Below, piece after piece: positions 20,860-30,686 of a stretch of 64,000 bases of DNA. Origin of the DNA: Blastocladiella emersonii ATCC 22665 (taxonomy: Eukaryota; Fungi; Blastocladiomycota); NCBI GenBank assembly GCA_025594325.1, contig JANHCV010000003.1, positions 682,001 through 746,000 on the forward strand, in the 5' to 3' direction. The position numbers and the translations under genes are program-made. The stretch's first letter is position 1. Each line of letters starts with the position of its first letter. The notes below the pieces were generated by a model that made no database searches, was not told the DNA's origin, and saw nothing but the letters and a program-made list of their open reading frames with translations.

Positions 20860-23228
20860 ATGAATCAACAACAACTTAACTTCATGGAACAGATGCAGGC
20901 GCTTGCGCAGGCGAGGGATCCGCCCCTCACGGGAGCGGCCAATGCTCGGGACCCTCGGCTCGCGACCTCGCAGCAGCCCCGACCCGCACCGGCTGCGGTC
21001 CCGGCTCTTTTCCCCGCGCTAGCGCCAGCTGCTCCATCTCTGGGCTTTGTACCACCGCCGGGTTCGGTCCCGTTCTTTCCCTTCGTACTTCCGGCTGCTG
21101 TACCGGCCGTCAGCCCCGTCGCACCACAACCACCGCCGCCGCCGCACATTGATGTTCGTCTCTTGCACGGCGGCTGCGCGCCCGACATTCGCGACGCGGA
21201 CGCCGAGTCGGTGGAGTACGTCAAGAACATTCTTCGCCGCAAGCGGGAACCCGTGTCGGTCGCGGTCGACACGGACGCGATCCCCGTGCGCGCGCTCTAC
21301 CTGCAATGGCTGCCCGCGTCCGAGGACGAGGGGACCATCAAGGACGCGCTCCGTCCCTTCGTCGGGCGGGATTGTGTCATCTCCGTGAAGAGTGCGCTTG
21401 ATCCGCGCGGAAGGACGGCCCTCCTATTCTTCGTGCGGAACGAGTTGTCAGATCAGGTCGAGGCTGCCGACTATGCTCACGCACCCGCCACGACTCGTGT
21501 AGTTTGACCTGCGAAACGCGATTCTTTCGATGCGCCGGCTCCAAGGCGCCAACGTGTTGGGGCGGACCGTCTCCGCCACGTATCTCGCTCGCGCGGAGGG
21601 CGCCACCCCGCAGCGCGTCCCTTGCGACCGCAAGCTTTCCCAGGGCTCGATTCTTGTTACGTTGCGCTCGACTTCGGGTGACGCTGCTTCGTGTCCAAAC
21701 TTTGAAGCGTTTCGCTCGAAGTTGAAGGCGCACGGCGACGTCTTCCACATCGATGCCCCTCCTCCACGGCCAAGGTACGGCGACCCCCTTGCTCCGTTGC
21801 TACCTTTCCTATTCACTGACGGATCTTTCTCTCATTCAGCGAATACTCGGTCTTTGTCGAGTACTTCGACTCCAAGACCCGCCTCGAAGTCTTCAACGCG
21901 CTCCGCAACACCATGTTTGGCGACTTTCGCGTCAGCACCGAGCTCGCGTGGGACGCGGCATCAGTGTACGTTTCTCACACGAGCCTGCCTCACAAGGAGC
22001 TGACTTGTGGTCGTGTAGCGAGCTTGAGCAGCGTTGGACGCTGGGCACCATCGAGGCACCGCCTGCTTTCGCCGATAACCCCGATTTCGTGCTCCATCCG
22101 ACGCACCCGCGGCGTTACGCTCCAGCTCCGAGCAGCCCTGCGACTTCATGGGAGCGCACGAGCCGTTCTTCTCCGCACCGCGACCGCGACCAGGACCACG
22201 ACGCTTACTATACGTCTAGCACCGATTCGGATAGCCGTGGACAGTCCCGCCGCCACTCGCTGTCCGAGCGCGATCGCGGTCGGAGCCGCAGTCGCAGCCG
22301 TAGCCGCAGTCGCTCTCGGCACCGCTCTTACAGTCCCAGGCGGAGACGGAGCCGTAGCCGCACTCGCGGTTCAAGACGGAGAAGCCGCTCAACTTCGCGT
22401 TCTCGCTCTCGCTCTCGCTCTTCGCGACGGTTTCGATCGCCTCGGCGCGGCTCGAGGTCCCGCAGCTCCAGCTCGAATCGCGACCGGAGCTGGACCCGCT
22501 GCCTCCGCCAGGACACTGATTTCCGAGGCGCCGAGTCGCGTCGCAGCTCGTCCCGGAGCCCATCTCGCTTCTCTTGCCGCTCATCTTCGCCCGGTGAGCA
22601 CGGGGATGACGACGACGGCAGGTCGGTGTCGCGCACGCCTTCGCCGCCAATCGTGGACTTTGCTCCCGCTTCGCACTCGTACTCGACGACATCTCGCCTT
22701 TCTCGACCCACTTCACCGGCCACCGACGAACAGCTGCCCTCTCCGACGTCCACGGCCGCGTCGTCCCCAACCGCCCACCACCCAGTAAGTGCGCTCCCGC
22801 TCGAGCTGCTGCCGCCCGCGTCCTCGAATGGACATGGACGCAATCCGGCCATGTCTTCCGACGCCATCAGCAGCCGCTCGGTCTCTTTTCTACCCCTCCA
22901 GATGCCGCAGCTCGCTTCGCTGGCGGGACCTACACACTATCCTACGACGGTCACGCCCGAGACGACTCCCGTCCCATCGGGTGGCGGGCGGCTCGACTCG
23001 TTCCTGGCCGCCTCCTCGCTGTCGCTCGTTTCCGGCTCATCATGGGCGCCGGCCGCCGGGAGCACGAGCTTACCGTTCTCGTTCTCGTTCAACTGGTTGC
23101 CCCCGCCGCCCGAGCAGCCGCTCGTTCAGCGTCCGGTCGAGGGACCGAGCCGCGGCGGCGCGCACGCGTCACAGCTCCCGCTTGCCGATGTCCCGCGGCC
23201 GATCGCGAGGTCTCCCGCCCCGCGCTGA
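20860..23228 (+). CDS. Mei2-like tandem-RRM + RS-domain protein, copy 8 (intact)
   Basis: Exons 20860-21432, 21503-21774, 21840-21965 and 22019-23228 splice in frame. Motifs: IPVRALYL, FDLRNAILSMRRLQG, RVPCDRKLSQGSI, VFVEYFD, ELAWD, long RS tract. Confidence 0.8.
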
Positions 23229-23698
23229 TGGTCGAGCGTTCCTTGAGGTGTGCTGTGTAACGTGTGGAGCTCAATAGCAAACCTTGTTCCTCGTATCGTT
23301 CTCGCTGACGGGGTTGTGCAAAGGCGATCCTGAGCACGGACGACGGCCAGCGACTATCACACCCGCAGCGATGCCCGTCCCCGCGAGCGGCGGCGGACCG
23401 CTCGGCTCGATCTTCGCGGCGTCGCCACTTTCGCTTGTCGGCGGCGCTTCGTAGGGATCGAGTGCCGGGAGCACGCTCGCGCTCTTCGTGCTCAGCCTCG
23501 ATGAACCCGTCGCCGCCGCCCGCGCCGGCCCACCATCCGCGCCCTCCGCGCCCAGTTGGGAAAGCAGCCACGGGTGTTCGTCATCCACTGCAGGGAGCGG
23601 CGAACACAACGAACCCGGAAAGTGTCTCGCGGCGCGTGCGAGACACTTGGTGAAGGACGTGGAACGAAATCAGGTGATTTGGGTGCCACGCGGGTCGG

Positions 23699-23713
23699 CG
23701 AATGTTTTCGAAA
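23699..23713. promoter_or_regulatory. Candidate heat-shock element upstream of HSP10
   Basis: cGAAt gTTTt cGAAa matches nGAAnnTTCnnGAAn with one mismatch, ~137 bp before the HSP10 ATG. Confidence 0.4.
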
Positions 23714-23849
23714 CCCGTCGCGCGCTCGCGGGCCGTGCCGCCGATCGCCGGCGCGTTGCTCGGGCCTCAAAACCGCCGAGCCGCCCCCGGCCTCCCCTCA
23801 TCTCTCTCCTGCTCACCCAACAACGGAAGTCTCGCCCTTGTCCACCAAC

Positions 23850-24546
23850 ATGGTGCGGATCTACCCTCCCTCACTCGCCATGTATCTTCTCTTGCGCCGG
23901 CCGGCTGGTGCCTGCGAGCGCCCTCGCGCGGATGTCGATCGACGGGCCGTGATGTCGCCCTCAGCAGCTCGGTTCTTCGGCAGGGTTGGTAGCCGCGACG
24001 CCCACCGCGGATCGAAGACCGTCATGGCCGCTGCGTCGCCTTCACCAACGTCGATCGGTGCCGCGCTCGCGTGCTGGCCGGCCGGCCGGCTGCCCCCGAG
24101 TCCCGCGACCCCAACCAACACCGCCAGTGCAGTCCCGCTCACATCACCATCCCGCTCGGCCTGCCCTCTCTAGTCTGCCGCCGCCAAGCGTATCATCCCC
24201 CTGTTCGACCGCGTCCTGGTCCAGCGCATCAAGCCCGCGGAGGTACACCCCGCCCGCGTTGCTCATCCCGACCCCGACGCCCACTAACCCTACCTCTCCC
24301 ACCATCTTGTAGCGCACCGCCTCGGGCCTGTTCATCCCCGAGAAGGCGCAGCAGGCGCTCAACGAGGGCGTGGTCCTGGCCGCGGGCCCGGGCGCCATCA
24401 CGGGCGAGGGCAAGACGCTGCCCATGTCGGTGGCCGCGGGCGACCGCGTGCTGCTGCCCGAGTACGGCGGCAACGCCGTCAAGATCGGCGACGAGGAGTT
24501 CACGCTGTTCCGCGACGCCGAGATCCTGGCCAAGCTCAACAACTAG
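23850..24546 (+). CDS. HSP10: Mitochondrial 10 kDa chaperonin (GroES/Cpn10)
   Basis: Exons 23850-23852 (ATG only; inferred), 24174-24242 and 24313-24546 give MSAAAKRIIPLFDRVLVQR...TASGLFIPE...GDRVLLPEYGG...EILAKL. Confidence 0.95.
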
Positions 24547-24634
24547 GTTGGGTGACGTTGTGTATACATCTCTTAATGAAAAGCTTTTTTTTGTGTATCA
24601 TCCAAGTGTACAGGTGTCTATGAGATAACTACAG

Positions 24635-26748
24635 TTATTCGGTCTTGCCGCCGACCAGCACGCCCGGGTTCCCGCCGAACCGCGCCCAGCACACGGCGCC
24701 CTGCGTCGGGCTCTCGCGGCTGAGGTCCGTGAGCGGGAGCACGTCCGTCTGCGCGTACGTGAAGGCGGGGGCGAACTGGGACCCGATGAGCCCAACGATC
24801 GCGACCAGGAACAGGACCATGGCGATCTCGTGCTGCAGCGTGCGGTTGACGATGCGCGGCGGCTTGCTCATGCGCAGCAGGCGGTACTTGTCGAGCGGGT
24901 ACTCGACGGCGTTGATGACGGCGCCGAGCAGCGCGATCAAGGGAAAGTGCGCGGAGCCCTGGTACAGGAGGTACTGGCGGTACAGCAGCTCGACGTACTC
25001 GGCGGCCACGTCGAACTCGGGCAGGTTCTCGCGGTCCGGCAGCGCGTTCACGTTGGTCCAGGGCGACCGGATCTTGGCCATGAGCACCGGGTTCGCGAGC
25101 TCGAACAGGTTGCCGATGAACAGGTCCGAGACGAGCAGGGTGAAGAACTTGACGCCGCCCGAGCAGTAGTCGGCGCGGTGGATCGCTGTGAAGAAGGCCA
25201 CGGCGCTGACCACGCGGAACACGAACACCTTGACGCTACACGCATGGGTCGTTAGGGTGGTGCGTCGGGAGCGCGAAGACGCGCGCGAAAGAAGCGTACA
25301 TGCTGACGCTCCAGGCGATCAGGTGGGTCGAGTACCGCTCAAAGTCGGTGAGCCGGTAGCAGATGAACATGGCGGCAAAGTTCATGAACGTCATGGCCAC
25401 TACAACCGCCGACCGAGAGTCAGTTATCCTGCGCACACGCTCCCTTCCCCGGAAAACGTACTCGAGATGAGCCAGTCGGTGAGATGCACGAGGTCAATCA
25501 CACCCGTCGACTTGCCGACGCGACTCGCGCGGTTCTGGTTCGAGAGCTCCTGGAACCCGGCGGTCGCGTAGTAGGCGCCAGCGATGATGCCGCCGTAGAT
25601 GAACGAGGTGAGGACGCGGCGCATGATGCGCTGCGACCACGGCAGGTGGCGGTTGGTCGGGATCTCCGTGTTGTCGACAAAGAAGCCGTCGCCCTCGTGC
25701 GCGCGCAGGCGGCCCGAGGTCTCGGCGGCCTTGATCAGGCGGCCCTGGTGCAGCCAGTACACGACGGGGAGCAGGAACCAGATCACGATCTGCGTGATCC
25801 CGGACGCCTTCCTACGCGATCATGAACAGGTGTGAGGCCGACCATGGTCGAGACGCGAGAGAATGAAGCGTACCAGTAGCCGGTGAGGTACGACGGGAAC
25901 GAGATGGAGAAGATGGAGTAGAACCCGTCCGTCTTGCCGATGACGGTCTGCGGGACCATGATGATGAGCGAGGCGAGGAACAGCAGGATGTTGGAGGCGA
26001 CGATGAACCGGATGAACACAAAGTAGAACTCGTAGGCGATCCCGATCGACGACCCGATGGTCGCCTCGTTCACGCTCATGTCGAGGCGTTTCGTGAGATG
26101 CTCGCGGCGCGCCAGCGACTCTTGGCGGGCGAGCGCCTCGGGCGAGCTGTCGTGGCGGCCGAGCGTCAGGTTCGGCGCGACCGGGATCGCCTGGATCTGT
26201 ACCATGGCGTCGATGTCGGACGGGCCCGGCGACACGGGTGTCGTCAAGTGCTGCGCCGACACGGTCGACAGCGTGCTCGCCGGGATCGGCGCGTACAGCC
26301 CGCCGCCATTGCTGCTGCTTCCGACCGTCGACGAGCTGCCGACGGCACTCGCACTCCCGCCCGTCTTGGTCGCAGCCTGCGGCGGCAGCGGGTACGGGGC
26401 CTCGGGCGGATCGACGGGCGACGGCGGGTACAGGTACGGCGAGGGCGGCTCGAGGAACGGCGTCGGGGTCGGCTCCGGCATGGCGAGCGGCGCGATCCCC
26501 GACGGCGAGGCCGGGGCAAACCCGGGAGACGGTGGCGGGTAGATGCCGGGTGATGGTGGCGGGTAGAGTCCCGCGGAGGGCGGCGGGTAGCCCGGCGAGG
26601 GAGGCGGGTACATGGGCGTCATGGGCGGCGGCGGCGGCGGGTAGAGCTGGTCGGCTGGTCTCACCTGCGAGAAGGGACGCGGTGCGGATGATGGCGACGG
26701 CGGCGGGTAGACGCGGTCGCCCGGTGGTGGCGATGGGCTCGACGCCAT
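24635..26748 (-). CDS. TMC (transmembrane channel-like)/anoctamin-superfamily membrane protein, ~641 aa
   Basis: Exons 26748-25874, 25811-25462, 25399-25300 and 25235-24635 splice in frame. Motifs GSSIGIAYEFYFVFIRF, LTDFERY and PEFDVAAEYVELLYRQ...FPLIALL...KYRLLRMSKPP resemble the TMC domain. Pro-rich N-terminus. Confidence 0.65.
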
Positions 26749-27900
26749 GGCGGCGGTGGTGGTCGAAGCTGAGCAGGCGCAGAAGCGGATTCCGTGTCCA
26801 AGATGCGTCAAGTTGCGCGCGCGGGCAGCGCTGAATTCATGGAATGTGGGTTGGATGAGGGGAGCGGAGGTGGCGGCGCACGGCGGCCAGGGACTCGAAG
26901 CAAGCGAAGCCAAGGAACATCACCTGATGGTTCGCCGCGAAGCCACCGCCACCCCGCGGCAACGCGGACGCGTCCTGGAACGCGACGCGTTCCCGTCGTC
27001 GTGGTCGCCGCGCTCGTCGAGACAGGAAGCTCTCCCTCCTGACCTGCCTCCGCCGAGGAAGCCGCTATCGTAGAAGCCTCTGCCCGGCACGCGTGCCACC
27101 GTCGCCGTGTTCGCATGCCGCCCACGCGTCCATCGAGGACGGGGTCACCCGTGTATCCCGCGCGCTGGGACGGGCGGCGGTGCGCACGAGGGAGAGAGCT
27201 CTCCCGCGAGCTTCCTCGCACTGAACGGAACGGCGCCGTGTCGCCCACGCGTGCTTGTTTCGCGAGGGCCGTGTCTCCAGACCCGCTTGCCTGATCTCGG
27301 GCAAGGAGGGAGAGGACGGGAGCGCTTGCTTGCTTCCCGCACCTCATGAAACTTGTTCCCGGCAGCCTCATCTTTGTCAAGGGGCGGCGTGGTACGGCCC
27401 CGATCACGTCGCGACAGTCGGCCGTCCTCCCTCCTTCAAGTGCAAGCTTTCAACAGCGACGGCGGCTAAGCCCTTGCAGTGCTCGAGATTTCTGCCGTGC
27501 TGTCCCCACACGGCCCCAGCCCCGGTCGCTCGAGCCGTGAGAACGGGCACCTTGCCGCGGACACGGGCAGGGCAAGTGCGGGCCAGATCACGCCGCCGCG
27601 CTCCCATGCCCTTCATTCCGGCCAGACGCACCGCTCGGCGACCCGCCCGCATCCCCTCCTCACCCTCGCCGCCCATTGCAACAAGCATCGCGGCTCCCCC
27701 CGCACACGCGCTGACCCGGCCCCTCTGCGTCAATCGAGCGCGCACCCGGCTCAGCTAAGCCCGGCCGCGCAACGCATTCCCATCCCTGTCCATTCCATCG
27801 CTCGGCGCCCAATGGACCCACCCCGCTCTCTCTCTCCTGCCCTCCCCGCTTGCATCACCACAGATCCCCTCCTCCACCTGCTACCCGGCCGCCGCTCAGC

Positions 27901-30319
27901 ATGAGCATCCTCCTCTCGTCGCTGCTGTCGCCGCGCGCGTCGCCGTCCGCACCTTCCTCCATGACCGTGGCCCCGACCGCGTCTCCCACGTCGCCATCGG
28001 CCGGATCGCGCGCGTCCCTCGCCACCGCGGCCGCCGCCACCACCGCGTCGCTCGCCTACTCGTCGCCGCTGCTCAGCCCCGGCCCCGCCGTCTACTGCCG
28101 CCCGCCGCTCATCATCAACCCGGCGCCCGACCGCATGGACTGCGACTACGCGTACCCGCCCCACCGCAGCGAGCCCATCGTCGCGCGCCACCACTCGCTG
28201 CCGTGCGCGCCGTCGCCGCCCATGGTCCATCACCACCGCCATGCCGCGGCCGCGACCGCCGCATCGCCGCACCGGCGGCGCACGCACCCGCTCCCGCCAC
28301 TGCCGCCCGTCAGCCCGGTGCCCGCGCTCGTGCACTGCAGCCTGTCGTTTGCCAAGGAGCTCGACTCGCTGCACGCGCGCGAGCGCGACTTTTGCTCCGA
28401 CTTTCGGTGCTGCGGCATGGTGCTGCGCGACCTGTTCGAGCTGCTGGTACGTCTTTTCTTTTCTTGTCGGTGGCTATCGTCGATGTGCGATGGGAACGGC
28501 GGCGCGGCGTGGCGGGCGGCGGGCTCGGTGGCCTTGATCGCGCCACTGATGCCCGCCCGTTCTCGGCCACGGCCACGGCCACGGCGGTGGTGGCCCACGC
28601 GGCACCCCCAGCCCAACCCACCGTGTCCCACGCGTCACGCGACGCGTTGCGCCACTTTTCATCCGAACTTGTTTCTTACCCATGTCTTCACGCACACGCG
28701 AATAGGACCACTACGAGGAGTGTCACGTCGGCGAGGACGGCCTGCCCGTGCCCGACACCACCGCCTCCCCCACAGCCGCGACCCCCGCCTCGATCCTCGA
28801 CAGCAGCCCGCTCCCGCCACCGCCATCCGTCCCCTCGCCACCGACCGCCGCCGCCCATGAACCGACCCCGAAGCCCCGCCCGCCGCCCCTCGTGCTCTCG
28901 CGCAGCGCCGCTGCGCGCATCGACTCGGGCACTGCGCTGTGGTCGCCGCCGTGCTCGGGCGAGCCGTCGCCCACCATCCTCGCCGCGACCACGGGCTCGC
29001 ACGGCGGGATGCGGTTCACGGACACCCCGACGACGTACGGCGCCATGATCATCCCGGCGTCGTCGGTGTATCCGGCCGAATTCTCGATGCTGCCTGCTGC
29101 CGCGCTCGAGGGCTCCGTCCCTGTGGGTGGTATCGTCCCGCTGACTCCCGCCCTGCCGCCACCCCCAGCGCTGTTCCCCGACGCGGCCGCACTCCACGCC
29201 GCGCTCGAGTCCGAGGCCACCAAGGACCACCTTGCCGCAGCGACCGCCGCCACCAAGTCGCTCCTCAGCCCGCCGCCCACGTCGCTCGTGCGCAGCCCCA
29301 TCGTGTACGAGGACCCGCGCTCCGCGGGGGCCATGCCGGCACTCGACCCCATGGACGTGGATACCAACGATACCGGCCACGCGAGCAGCTGGTGGCTGCG
29401 GCCGACCGCATCCCCATCGTCGCACTCGATGCCGCCGTCGCCCACGCTCTCGTCGTGCTCGATCTCGACGACCACCAGCAGCCCCGACCTCCGCCCGCGC
29501 GCGCCGTCCGACTCGTCGTCCGAGGTCGACATCATCTCGCTCTCGCCCGCCGTCTCCGTGTCGCGCCTCGACCTCGCCACGCCGCCCGCGCGCAGCGACC
29601 TCGGCAGCGCGTCCTCGCCACCACGCCGCCGCCGGTCGCGCCGCGGCCAGCTCCTGCGCACCGCGGTCCGCGACCCCGCGCACTCGTGCGACGACTCCGA
29701 GGACCACGCCAGCGACCGCGACTCGCCCGCCCCGCCGCTCCCGCTGCCCACCCGCGACACGCCCAGCTCCGTCTCGGCATCTTCCTCGTCGATGTTGGGC
29801 ACCGCCGCCGCCGCCGCGGCAGGCACCGGCGCGCACGTGTGCGACGTGGACGGGTGCGGCCGAAGATACCGCCACTCGAGCGGGCTGCGGTACCACCAGC
29901 GCACCGTGCACGGCGACGAGGGCGCCGCGCCGCCGCGCCGCCGCACTCGCGGTAGTGGTGCACGGAAAGCCGCTGTCTCGGCACCGACTTCCTCGGACGA
30001 GTCCACGCCGGTCCCGGCGCCCGCGCCCGCTGCCGTCACGCACGCGTGCCCGGCGCCCGGGTGCGACCGCACCTACGCGAGCCACAGCGGGCTCCGGTAC
30101 CACACCACGCACGTGCACGCTGACCTCGTCGCTGCGGGCGTCCTGGCCGCGCCGCGGACGCGCGGCACCAAGGTGCCGCCGCCACCACCACAGGCGCGGC
30201 GCGATGAGGACCCGCCGTTGGTCTCGCCCGTGGCCGCGCGCCGCCGCATGCCCCGCCACGCGTCGGCGGGCACGGGTCACTCGGCGGCTGCGCGCAAGAC
30301 GGGCCGCGCGGGGGTTTGA
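27901..30319 (+). CDS. SFP1: Sfp1-like C2H2 zinc-finger transcription factor
   Basis: Exons 27901-28446 and 28706-30319. N-terminal ERDFCSDFRCCG..L..LL|DHYEECH motif and two fingers, CDVDGCGRRYRHSSGLRYHQRTVH and CPAPGCDRTYASHSGLRYHTTHVH. Confidence 0.7.
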
Positions 30320-30596
30320 AGGGTGTGATTGATTACTTGTCGTGATTTGTTTTGTCCCTGCCGTTGTCGTACCTGCTGTGCCTCCCGTCCCACCATTTTA
30401 CCTCATCATTAGTATTGCTTAGCCTCCATCAACACTCCTGCTGGCCTGTGGTCGGTGAGCGTAGTCGCGTCGCAGTCGTTTCAGATTCGGTCGCCGCGGC
30501 TGGTCGACTCGATCGCGTCGTCGACTCACCACCCCTCACCCTCTCCCTCCCCAGCTTGCTCCCCCTCTCCCAACGAAGCTCATGTAACCACCCACC

Positions 30597-30685
30597 GCGA
30601 CTCGCCGCAACTCGCTGCAACTCGCCGCAACTCGCTGCAACTCGCCGCGACTCGCCGCAACTCGCCGCAATCCGCCACAATCCGC
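30597..30685 (+). repeat. 10-bp tandem repeat (CTCGCYGCAA) x7 plus two degenerate units, immediately upstream of the RAD2 ATG
   Basis: Units are directly visible at 30601-30670. Confidence 0.9.
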
Positions 30686-30686
30686 A

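Noticed and set aside
23853-24173. Intronic snoRNA in HSP10
   Set aside because: No RTGATGA/CTGA box pair or H/ACA hairpin-hinge pattern found.
28490-28565. GC hairpin in the SFP1 intron as a riboswitch or snoRNA
   Set aside because: Short stems are expected at this GC content; no TPP aptamer or H/ACA motifs.
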